Virus record (IMG/VR): IMGVR_UViG_3300025132_007963
Coordinates: 1 to 64,000 of that record
Direction: 5' to 3' (one strand)
Source of the DNA: a virus
DNA: 64,000 nt
Shown: positions 34,790 to 43,871 of the stretch, one piece after another
Layout: each line of letters begins with the position of its first letter
Position numbering within the stretch: the stretch's first letter is position 1
Notes under the pieces: model-generated
What the model saw: the letters and a program-made list of their open reading frames with translations, nothing else
The model's database searches: none
Told to the model about the DNA's origin: nothing
Made by a program: the position numbers and the translations under genes

Positions 34790-37700
34790 TTAGCCCAATA
34801 ATTTGAAGCCTGACGCGACCCTTCGACTGCTGAAACCCCACTGGGGAGAGTAGTCCAGCTTCGCCATGTAGGGTCTATTCAAGTGAATGACATCTTTGCC
34901 TGGCCTGACACCCCAACACTTAATCGTATTGATCTCGCTATTACTATCAATCACCCTGACAATGTAATAATCCTTGTTATTCTTTGTCTTCTTCTTGATG
35001 ATCTCGCGAGGGATAAACCAAGTCACTTGAAGCTGTTGATCAAACTCGCTAATAGGCGGTATATACAGCTCCTCAAGCCTTCTTAGGGTATTCTCATCCA
35101 TAACTAAGCTCATTGGAAACACGCCCGTTAAATCGACCAAATATTGAATTTTTTCTTCCTCTGTAAAGTCACCTTCAGGGCGATAAGTCTCAATATTCTC
35201 AACAAGATTCTTTTCCTTTCTTGGTCGATCAAGAGCCACCGCAGCATGAAAATGCTTAAGACCATCAAATCGATCATCCATTAGACAATTAAGTGTCTGG
35301 CTCCTGACGAGGGCATCGAGCGCTTTCTTATTGAGTTTGCTGTAAATAATTTCCTCATGAAATAAGAATTCTTCAATGGCATGGAAAGGTCGATGCAGCT
35401 TTATTTGTTCAATCGCCTTATCACCTAAGCCCTTGATAGATGTAAGTGGTTGAATTAGAGTTTTTCCATCATCAGATATCTCCCACACGGTGCCTGAAGT
35501 ATTGATATTTAAAGGTTCGATGTTAAAACCATAGCTCTTTGCAATATTAATTGCTCTCTCCTTGCGAGTATCAGGCTCCTTATCAAGGAAAGCAGCCATC
35601 CACTCAGCCGGATAATAGTTCAAGAGCCAGGCACACTGATAGGACAGGACACAATAAGAAACCGCATGAGATTTATTAAAGCCATATCCAGAAAAATATT
35701 CAAACTTTTCCCACAGCTCTTTGGCTTCGTGCTTTTTCATACCCTTCTCTAGACACCCAGCTTCAAACTTACACCATATCTTATCTTTTTGTTCTTGTAC
35801 CTCTCCAGTGCCCTTCTTTGTCAAGAGCTTTCGAAGTTTGTTGCCGTCATCCAGTGACAAGTCCTTACCCAACTTGTGTGCCAACATGGCGATCTGTTCT
35901 TGAAAAATAAGAAAGCCGTGAGTTTCTTGAGTTACTTCTCTGATTGTTTCGTTAGCATAGTCGACATCCATTGGATTGTGTTTGGCACTAACGTATATCT
36001 TATCCACTCCAGCGGAGAGAGGGCCAGGGCGGTATATACTAGTAATAGCAGCCAGATCAATGATATTATCTGGTTTAGCTCTTTTACAAAAGCTTTGAGC
36101 GCCTGCTTCTGTGAACTGAAAGATCCCTGCCCATTTTCCATTCTGAAATATATTCTCCCACACTTCTTTATTATCTAATTCCAAAACGTCTGGATGTAAG
36201 TTTTCATCGTAATACTTCTTAACATCCTCGAACGATGGCTCTTCAATATCGTGATGCCTTCGCAGCACATGCTTGATTGCATCCTCAAGCATACGTAGTG
36301 AGGCAAGACCAAGAATATCAAACTTAATAAAACCCATCGGCTCTAGATGTCGAACATTCTGTCCTTCTGACCATGGAGTTTGCCTAACACCACCGCTGTT
36401 AATTAATGGCATCCACTCATCCAAGTTCTCACCAACCACAACACCGCCAGCATGACGAGATGCTGACCTCGTTTGACCGTAGAGAGCATTAACGTGAGTT
36501 TTAATATCTGGATACTTTTGAAGGAAAGCCTTGAGGCTTTCTGAATATTTCATTAACTCTTCAAAGGTTGGACTATAAACACCAGCTGTAATTCCATGAT
36601 CCTTCTTAGCTAAGGGTGTTGCTTCATAGATCATTTTACCTGTTACATTGTTAACCTCTGTAAAAGGAATTTGATAAAACTTTGATATATCCTTTATCAG
36701 GGATCGCAGCTGCAGTGTATTCCAGTTTGTAATTGGGACGACCATGTTATCACCCCACTCATCAATTAGTTGTTCCTTCAAGGTCATGGGATCCGCAACG
36801 TCATAATCAATATCAGGATATCCGGAACCACCCTTTGTAAGAAACCTTTCAAACTGAAGGCCATACTTGATGGGATCAACTTGCGTTATACCTAGAGCAT
36901 ACGCCACTAATGACCCTGCAGCTGATCCTCGACCAGGACCAACAAGCTGTCGCTTAAGAGCTTTATCTGATATTGCTTTCATCGTTAGAAAGTATTTACT
37001 AAATCCACGAGAATCAATGATGCTGACCTCTCTTTCTAAACGTTTGACATACTCTTTATTGTTCGCGAAGCCCAATCTACGAGCACCCTCAATCGACAGT
37101 TTTGCCAGGGCAAGTCGGGGAGTTGTATCGGGCGGCACAACAAAATCAGGCAAGCGGACAGTGTTATCAGGCCAAAACTTTTCAATTCTTTCGCTGGCGA
37201 TTTGATGCGTCCTTTTAATAGATTCTAAAATCAAGTCATCATCATATTCAAAGTCAGTCATCTTCGAATACTTCTTATATGCCTCCCACATTTGATCGCC
37301 ATTCTTAGGGTATAACTCATAACCAACCTCTTCAACGTCAACGGGCAGCTCCTCTGACATCCACTCTGGGCGCTTGCCTAGCCAGCCTAGTCGCTTGTAC
37401 AGCTCCCTATCCTTCCAGGCGTCAGGACTGTAGTAGTGACTATCAGCAGTGGAAATTAGCTCTACACCAAACTCTCTATGCATCTCGATGATGTATTGAT
37501 TAAGTTCATTTTGCTCTGGGACGTTGTTCCATTGCAACTCACCATACCAACGATCACCGAAAATCTGCATCATCTTTGTGGTAACTTGCCTCATGGAGTT
37601 CAGAATGGCGTCTCTACCTTGGTCTCTGTTCTCCCAATAACAACCGGCATATACTCCCCCCAAGCATGCACTAGCCGCAATGATGCCTTCGTTGTGTTTA

Positions 37701-38245
37701 CGCAGCATGGCATAATCAACTCTTGGAAATCTATAAAAGTTTTCTTTCTTGTAACTTGAAGAAATCAATTTAAATATATTCTTGAGCCCTGTTGGGTTTT
37801 GAGCCAATAGTATTAAATGCCTTCTTCTATTTAGAAGATTTTTGATTTGCTTCTTTGATGCCTCATCTTCAACGGTTGCACCAGACTGAGCGCTCTCGCT
37901 TTTCTTCTTAGATTTCTCTTGCTTTTTTACATTATCGTACTCCTCTCTCCAATTTGCAATGGATGGTATAAAGTAAGCCTCAACACCATAAATTGGCTTA
38001 AAGTCCTTACCTTCTTTGTGCATCTTCTTAGCATGTAACACCTGGTGGGCTAGACCATTTGCATTGCCGTGATCAGTAAGAGCTAAAGCATCCATACCAT
38101 TTTTGAAAGCAAAATCCATGTGTTCTTCGGGGTACCCCAAAGCATCAAAGATACTTCCTGCAACTGAATGTGCATGAAGGCCCACAAAAGGGATCTCGGA
38201 AACGGTTCTATCTTTAAAGGTCTTCAATGATCCCCTCCAATTCAT
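34790..38245 (-). CDS. dnaE: DNA polymerase III alpha subunit
   Basis: PHP (LHAHS, LTDHG), GPGRGSAAGSL, PDIDYD, HAGG, KFDILGL, FNKSHA. Confidence 0.96.
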   Translation of the reverse strand: MNWRGSLKTFKDRTVSEIPFVGLHAHSVAGSIFDALGYPEEHMDFAFKNGMDALALTDHGNANGLAHQVLHAKKMHKEGKDFKPIYGVEAYFIPSIANWREEYDNVKKQEKSKKKSESAQSGATVEDEASKKQIKNLLNRRRHLILLAQNPTGLKNIFKLISSSYKKENFYRFPRVDYAMLRKHNEGIIAASACLGGVYAGCYWENRDQGRDAILNSMRQVTTKMMQIFGDRWYGELQWNNVPEQNELNQYIIEMHREFGVELISTADSHYYSPDAWKDRELYKRLGWLGKRPEWMSEELPVDVEEVGYELYPKNGDQMWEAYKKYSKMTDFEYDDDLILESIKRTHQIASERIEKFWPDNTVRLPDFVVPPDTTPRLALAKLSIEGARRLGFANNKEYVKRLEREVSIIDSRGFSKYFLTMKAISDKALKRQLVGPGRGSAAGSLVAYALGITQVDPIKYGLQFERFLTKGGSGYPDIDYDVADPMTLKEQLIDEWGDNMVVPITNWNTLQLRSLIKDISKFYQIPFTEVNNVTGKMIYEATPLAKKDHGITAGVYSPTFEELMKYSESLKAFLQKYPDIKTHVNALYGQTRSASRHAGGVVVGENLDEWMPLINSGGVRQTPWSEGQNVRHLEPMGFIKFDILGLASLRMLEDAIKHVLRRHHDIEEPSFEDVKKYYDENLHPDVLELDNKEVWENIFQNGKWAGIFQFTEAGAQSFCKRAKPDNIIDLAAITSIYRPGPLSAGVDKIYVSAKHNPMDVDYANETIREVTQETHGFLIFQEQIAMLAHKLGKDLSLDDGNKLRKLLTKKGTGEVQEQKDKIWCKFEAGCLEKGMKKHEAKELWEKFEYFSGYGFNKSHAVSYCVLSYQCAWLLNYYPAEWMAAFLDKEPDTRKERAINIAKSYGFNIEPLNINTSGTVWEISDDGKTLIQPLTSIKGLGDKAIEQIKLHRPFHAIEEFLFHEEIIYSKLNKKALDALVRSQTLNCLMDDRFDGLKHFHAAVALDRPRKEKNLVENIETYRPEGDFTEEEKIQYLVDLTGVFPMSLVMDENTLRRLEELYIPPISEFDQQLQVTWFIPREIIKKKTKNNKDYYIVRVIDSNSEINTIKCWGVRPGKDVIHLNRPYMAKLDYSPQWGFSSRRVASGFKLLG

Positions 38246-38420
38246 CCTTGAATTGATTCACGGAAGTCTTAACCTCTGATAATGTGTCTGTTAAAGTTTC
38301 AAACAATAGTCTATCAAGAAATATCTCTTGTTCCTTTGTTAAGCTCATAAAGTTAATTGGAAATCCAACATCCTCTTTGACTGAGCTTGGTAAGTTATTG
38401 TATATTTTATGCATTCTCAT
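38214..38420 (-). CDS. Hypothetical protein
   Basis: 68-aa ORF coupled on both sides. Confidence 0.6.
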   Translation of the reverse strand: MRMHKIYNNLPSSVKEDVGFPINFMSLTKEQEIFLDRLLFETLTDTLSEVKTSVNQFKDELEGIIEDL

Positions 38421-39295
38421 TTTGCCACCCCCAAGTATTCATTTTTTTTAAACATCTTATCACTCGGTCTCATTATTTGCACCCTTTCTTTTGAAGAAAT
38501 ATATTCTGCATAGCTTTCCCAAGAATCAATTTTGAAATACCAATTTAGGTTTGCCACATTCGATTTATCCACTATAGCATTTTTAAATATTTTGTCAAGA
38601 CTAAAATGCCTAGAGGACCATCTTTCAGAAATCGTCAAACTTTTGTCACCGCCAGTACAAGAATTCTTAACATAGTTAACATAAGACTTATATTCATTTC
38701 CATCCATTGAAAAACCTAAATATTCTCCATCCTTAACGGTCAAATTGTTGTGAGATAGAAAAAACGGTTTATTTGTAGATATTTCTTTTCTGTGTTTTTT
38801 TACAATCTCTGGTGGATAAACACCATATGGGAAAGATACATAGTACCTGTTTGGTATCATCCACTTACTAATTTTATAGCTAATAATATACGCTGTTAAG
38901 GCACCATGCATTATTGACCAACCATAACTATCTCTACGATCACGGTCGCGAGGATGGATTGGGGTGTAAAAAATTGGTATTTGACGACGATGTTCGCTGG
39001 GGTATTTAACAAATTTACTCTTTTCTAAGTGATACGGATCTTCAATGTAATCGCCCATCCTGTGCTTTATTAAGGGTTGCATATCATCATTGCAAACAAT
39101 CCATATCGTTTCACAGCCTGCATATGCACACTCAACTACAGATCTTTCTATAGCTAAATAATTTTTTGCAATTGGCTGCAGACAATCATGCCAAGGAAAC
39201 TGAAAATCTAATTCTTGACCTGCTACGGGAATAATACCTGCAAGGTGAAAGTTTCTTGTACTTTGTGGGGTTTCATTTACCATATTTTGCAACAA
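38417..39295 (-). CDS. Divergent sugar-phosphate nucleotidyltransferase-like protein (GT-A fold)
   Basis: GIIPVAG, LQPI, AGCETIWIV, IDSWESY. Confidence 0.65.
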   Translation of the reverse strand: MLQNMVNETPQSTRNFHLAGIIPVAGQELDFQFPWHDCLQPIAKNYLAIERSVVECAYAGCETIWIVCNDDMQPLIKHRMGDYIEDPYHLEKSKFVKYPSEHRRQIPIFYTPIHPRDRDRRDSYGWSIMHGALTAYIISYKISKWMIPNRYYVSFPYGVYPPEIVKKHRKEISTNKPFFLSHNNLTVKDGEYLGFSMDGNEYKSYVNYVKNSCTGGDKSLTISERWSSRHFSLDKIFKNAIVDKSNVANLNWYFKIDSWESYAEYISSKERVQIMRPSDKMFKKNEYLGVAK

Positions 39296-40061
39296 TTTCG
39301 CCAGCTGACATGTTAATAAATTTAATACTTTTAGAATTCTTGTAGTATACTTTACTGATAGACCTAACCTCTCTGAAATTTGCCTCGATCTTTATTGGAA
39401 AACGTTTTTGTTTCCCGTTACCATCAAAGCCGGATTTGGATCCCAATATTCCTTTTTCCCTCATTAATGATTCTATTTTGAACCTTGCCACTGTATCAGA
39501 GTAATCAAAATTATTTAATTGTTCATCATCCATGTATGAGATTGATACGAGGTCTTTTAGACCTCTATCACCATCAATTCTTACGGAATTGTAAAAATAT
39601 ACATCTTTTACGAAGTCATCCTCCGTATTGATTACCTCTACATCATGAGAAGCTCCAGATCGCACATTAAACCAGTCCAATACCATATACTTGGGTTCTT
39701 CTTTCTTTAGGATTATATTGTCACAAATCACTTTGTCATTGTCAAATATATAACACTTTTTGAAACTAATAATTACTTTATCAGTTTGTTTCAAAAAAAG
39801 CGATATTTTCTTTTCTTCAATTCTCAGCGATGTTGCATTTTTGCTAAATGGCGCGAGGCCTTTCATGCTAAGCTCAAAAAGCAACAAAGACCAAATCTCA
39901 TTTTTTTTTCGGCCAAAAAAATTTGGCAATTCGAAGTTTACGACTTCAAAAGGATACGGAGAATTTGTAGAGGTTACTACTATTGGATATTCATTCAAGT
40001 ATGAATACAGCACCGCTTCAATGCTGTGCCCAACAACAATGTTGTCGTAATGAAGCTCCAT
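39273..40061 (-). CDS. Rossmann/FAD-oxidoreductase-like protein (degenerate)
   Basis: N-terminal DNIVVGHSIEAVLYS resembles D.IVIG.G..G. Confidence 0.45.
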   Translation of the reverse strand: MELHYDNIVVGHSIEAVLYSYLNEYPIVVTSTNSPYPFEVVNFELPNFFGRKKNEIWSLLLFELSMKGLAPFSKNATSLRIEEKKISLFLKQTDKVIISFKKCYIFDNDKVICDNIILKKEEPKYMVLDWFNVRSGASHDVEVINTEDDFVKDVYFYNSVRIDGDRGLKDLVSISYMDDEQLNNFDYSDTVARFKIESLMREKGILGSKSGFDGNGKQKRFPIKIEANFREVRSISKVYYKNSKSIKFINMSAGEIVAKYGK

Positions 40062-42317
40062 TTAAAAAATACAAATTTGTAATTCAAAATTATATTTTGC
40101 TGACACCGTTTGGTAAAACCGTAGTTGGTTTTCTAAGCGCATGGCTTGTTCATCGGGGGCGCCTAGACATGCTTCGTCAATTATAGACATCAGGTTTTCA
40201 TACATTTGGTTTTGATTCCATGTCAATTCAAACTCCCTACCTCCGGTTTGATTTGCCCAGTGTGCCCAATTACCACTATTGTACGACGTTATAAAAGTAT
40301 AAAGTTTAAATCTTGTTATTCCAGTTAAAGTATTAGTTATTACTTCTGGTTCAATTTCAGGACGCATCCATGATTGGTCTGGCTCATCAGTGAACACAAT
40401 TACTATCTTGTCTACATTTTCTCTCCAGTTTATTTTAAACTCATCCTTGCTAGGTGTTGAAGCTGTATTGCAGCACCAATCAGAATTATCAATATCGAAA
40501 TCATCACTCGAAGAAATATTTTTAATAGAAAGATACAGAGCATCTCTAAGCATTTCAGTGCTTGTGTCCATTCTATCTGAATTTAAACCAACGAAAGCTG
40601 CTAAAAAATCCTCAAAGGGTGCAATGTCTGAAATTAGATATAATCTCTCTCTTTCTAGGTCGTCTGATCTAGGGCCAACAACCAAACCCCACTGGAGCTT
40701 ACCCTCGTCTTGAAATTGAGATGCAAACCTATTTAAAGCTGAGCGAACAGCTGCTATTTCATCGTCCATAGAACCGGACCAATCAATAATAAATAAGATA
40801 TCTGTATCTTTAATTTCTTCACCGTAGTCTGTAACACCATCGCAATCATTGTCTGCCCCATCGCATACCTCTTGAGATGGAACAATCTCATCCTTACAGA
40901 AGTCTCTCTGAAACCTGTCCCACCTGTCCATGTTGCCCCATTGGCCCTGGTTGCAGATCATGTTTCCAGTCTTACAAACTCCAACATCTAAAGTTTCAGT
41001 CGGGCCGGTGTAACAAGCAACTAGTAATTCTTCATCAACAGTTTGATCACAATCTTCATCAAAATTATTACAGATTTCATTCTGCACCGTCATACCTGTA
41101 TATGGATCACATTCTTGATTTGCTAACGTAGGCAATTGAGCGCAAAGTGCAAGACATTCAGACATAGTTAAATTAGTGCATTCAGGTGGGTCATTACACT
41201 CGCAAGTTTTAAAACCCTGACCGCATCTTAGTGGTGGCTCAGAACAAGGTATTAAAACCCCCACGTCTTGCACCGTACATTCACAATTTAGGCCCTCATC
41301 AATAAGCCCATCACAATCTTGATCTAGGCCGTCGCATGGGGCGACCTCCTCTGCTGGTTGAGGAACTGTACAGGATATCCAGTTGCCAAAAGAGCAGGTC
41401 TCTAAGCCAACACCACAAGCTGTTTCGCACTCTCTAACCAGCTCTTCATCAATTTGACCATCGCAGTCATCATCGATGCCATTACATTCATCTGCTGGAA
41501 CTGCCCCACACTTATCACATTCATTTCGCTGACCTTCGTCTATTCTTGTGTCGCAGTCATTATCCTCATAGTCACAAACTTCTTCGCCAGGATGCGGAGC
41601 GTCACAGTCAATTATTTGAGCGTCGACACAGAAACCCCAGCCCATACCGCATTCATTTTCACAAAGAAACCTTCCCTCGTCTATTCTATCATCACAGTCG
41701 TTGTCTTCGCCATCGCAGGCCTCATCTCGACAAGGTTGGCAAGGGCCATGAATTAAGTTTCCTTTATTACAGACAACTCTCTGCATCCCAAAGCGACCAT
41801 CTGCCAATTCGCAATCAAACCATTGAGTTTGATTAATCTCTGTATTAGGCGGACACTCAAAGGCTAGTTCACATTGTTCTCTACGGATAATTTGGGGTGG
41901 AGGACAGTCTTCGTCTAGACCAAAATCACAGGGCTGGTATGCGGCATCACAAACAGAGACGGTTACTCTTGAACGATGAATCTGATTGTCTGGGCGTGGC
42001 GGGCAGTACCACTGCTGTTGTTCACAACACTGTGGGTTGCAGCGACAATATAACTCAAAATCTGCTGGATTTTCATCACCCTCGCATTCGCTAACAAAGC
42101 CAACTTCGGAGACCGGGGGCAAAGTTGCGCCGCCCTGATCAAAAGGAGTAAAAACATCAATTGGCACCGTGCCGCCCGTAATCTCCGAGGTTTGGCCACC
42201 AACAGCAGAGGTTACTAACGTTGGTTCTGGTTCTGGCTTTGATTTAGCGTATTCGCTTTCTGGTGTTTTATCATTACAAGAGAATAAAAAAATTAATAAA
42301 AATAATACATGCCTCAT
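40062..42317 (-). CDS. Lipoprotein with six myxobacterial-type C(D/N)xxDxDCD (MopE-like) repeats and a VWA domain
   Basis: Lipobox LFSC; repeats; DILFIIDWSGSM, VFTDE. Confidence 0.8.
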   Translation of the reverse strand: MRHVLFLLIFLFSCNDKTPESEYAKSKPEPEPTLVTSAVGGQTSEITGGTVPIDVFTPFDQGGATLPPVSEVGFVSECEGDENPADFELYCRCNPQCCEQQQWYCPPRPDNQIHRSRVTVSVCDAAYQPCDFGLDEDCPPPQIIRREQCELAFECPPNTEINQTQWFDCELADGRFGMQRVVCNKGNLIHGPCQPCRDEACDGEDNDCDDRIDEGRFLCENECGMGWGFCVDAQIIDCDAPHPGEEVCDYEDNDCDTRIDEGQRNECDKCGAVPADECNGIDDDCDGQIDEELVRECETACGVGLETCSFGNWISCTVPQPAEEVAPCDGLDQDCDGLIDEGLNCECTVQDVGVLIPCSEPPLRCGQGFKTCECNDPPECTNLTMSECLALCAQLPTLANQECDPYTGMTVQNEICNNFDEDCDQTVDEELLVACYTGPTETLDVGVCKTGNMICNQGQWGNMDRWDRFQRDFCKDEIVPSQEVCDGADNDCDGVTDYGEEIKDTDILFIIDWSGSMDDEIAAVRSALNRFASQFQDEGKLQWGLVVGPRSDDLERERLYLISDIAPFEDFLAAFVGLNSDRMDTSTEMLRDALYLSIKNISSSDDFDIDNSDWCCNTASTPSKDEFKINWRENVDKIVIVFTDEPDQSWMRPEIEPEVITNTLTGITRFKLYTFITSYNSGNWAHWANQTGGREFELTWNQNQMYENLMSIIDEACLGAPDEQAMRLENQLRFYQTVSAKYNFELQICIF

Positions 42318-42319
42318 GA

Positions 42320-43027
42320 TTACTCCATGTGAGCTTTTTTGTATGCTTGTACAGAGTTAGGAAAATGTTTACTAGCAATAGAGAGACAAGCCTCTGCAAC
42401 CCTTTGTATCTCCCATTGTGCGCCACCATGAGATCTTAAAGATACGAATTTCAATAGATTATGCAAATTAACAGTTCCATAATATTCTGTATATAAGTTT
42501 TGAGGCAATATACCTCTAGCTTGCTCTCGGCATATGCCCGACTTAATCATAGATTCATACAGAGATAATGATATTGCATGGTGGTTTTTGACCATGTTGC
42601 TGGTAGGTCCATTCATTTCAAAAGAGTGGTCCTTACCTGTACAATTAACTATCGGATCAACTAAACTATCAGTGCTAGCTTGTCTATTCGATTGGTGTTG
42701 TCCTCTGAACATTTCGGGTTCATAGAATTTCATATCGACTGAAGTATACCTTCTGCTAATCTCGTTATAGGCCCAGGTTCTATGTCGATGATGTTGAGAT
42801 CTTATAAACAAAGGAACGACAAAACGCATAGTAATTGCACAGTGCTCAAAAGGACTGGTGTGATTATGAGACATGAGATAGTTAATTAGTTTAGTATCTT
42901 TTTCATCTAGTTCCTGTTTCTGTGCGCCAAAACTTACACGTGCAGCATTAACCACAGATAAATCACTACCCATGTGAGAGATATACTCCACGGAACCAAC
43001 TTTATCATCGTATAAATAAATCTTCAT
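42320..43027 (-). CDS. thyX: Flavin-dependent thymidylate synthase
   Basis: HTSPFEH, RHRTWAYNEISRRY, EQARGILP, HAQ-like GAQWEI. Confidence 0.95.
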   Translation of the reverse strand: MKIYLYDDKVGSVEYISHMGSDLSVVNAARVSFGAQKQELDEKDTKLINYLMSHNHTSPFEHCAITMRFVVPLFIRSQHHRHRTWAYNEISRRYTSVDMKFYEPEMFRGQHQSNRQASTDSLVDPIVNCTGKDHSFEMNGPTSNMVKNHHAISLSLYESMIKSGICREQARGILPQNLYTEYYGTVNLHNLLKFVSLRSHGGAQWEIQRVAEACLSIASKHFPNSVQAYKKAHME

Positions 43028-43345
43028 TTAACCGTTGTTCTCTAAAATACCTAAAACGTGATTTTCTAAAACTAGAAAAAAAGTTTTATCACCATGTTTA
43101 ACTTCCTCAATCATCGCTCGATGAACTATGATGTCGGAACTTTTGCCAGTGAAGGCTAACTTAAGTTCTCTAAATGTCTTATTACAGTCATCAGCAATAT
43201 CCACAACAGTCGCTGGGATATACTTTTCTTCAACTGGTCGGTAATCCTCTGGTAGGAGAACCTGGCTATCTTCCTCTTTTCGAAAGTGTGGTACAACCAA
43301 TATGTGTCGGTTCGTTGGTTTAAGATTATTAAATCTAGACATCAA
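43028..43345 (-). CDS. groES: GroES-like co-chaperonin (Cpn10)
   Basis: LKPTNRHILV...ATVVDI...EEVK...LVLENHVLGIL. Confidence 0.7.
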   Translation of the reverse strand: MMSRFNNLKPTNRHILVVPHFRKEEDSQVLLPEDYRPVEEKYIPATVVDIADDCNKTFRELKLAFTGKSSDIIVHRAMIEEVKHGDKTFFLVLENHVLGILENNG

Positions 43346-43601
43346 TACCTCCTACACCTCGTTTGACTTGGTTAAAATAATCAGTTAGTTGCTCAATATC
43401 CGTATCAGATTTCATTAATCTGTATGCCCTAATAGCCAATCTCATTTCCTCTTTTGAAAGCCATGAATTTTCATTGTAGCTTTCCCTAAGATCTCTCTTT
43501 TGCTCCTTGAAAGGCTCAATTGCCTCTTCTAGGGCGACAAAAGATTTAATAAAATTTAAGATGTGTTGCTCCTTGGTTAGCAACTGATCGTCTTCTTGCA
43601 T
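43335..43601 (-). CDS. dsDNA-binding protein, GapR/DUF2312/T4 DsbA-like
   Basis: Coiled coil LEEAIEPFKEQKRDL...IRAYRLMK; promoter TTGACT-17-TACTAT at 43630-58. Confidence 0.5.
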   Translation of the reverse strand: MQEDDQLLTKEQHILNFIKSFVALEEAIEPFKEQKRDLRESYNENSWLSKEEMRLAIRAYRLMKSDTDIEQLTDYFNQVKRGVGGIDV

Positions 43602-43659
43602 TATAACTCCTTTTTTGTTTTGTTTTTATATAGTAAAATATTTTTTTTGAAAAGTCAAG

Positions 43660-43863
43660 CTATTTTTTAATGCCAAACTTAAATCTATACCAGGCTCTTT
43701 CATGCAAATAATAAAGCACTGTTTTTGTTACGATTTCTAGAGCACCCAGAGATGCACCAAGAGCCACATCACCCGTGAGCAGCCAACCTAGGCACATTGT
43801 GTCTATGGTGCCAACCACTCTCCAAGTAAAAGCTTTTGCAATATGTCTTTCGTGTCTTACCAT
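43660..43863 (-). CDS. DUF2061 small membrane protein
   Basis: KAFTWRVVGTIDT, KTVLYYLHERAW. Confidence 0.85.
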   Translation of the reverse strand: MVRHERHIAKAFTWRVVGTIDTMCLGWLLTGDVALGASLGALEIVTKTVLYYLHERAWYRFKFGIKK

Positions 43864-43871
43864 TTAAAATC

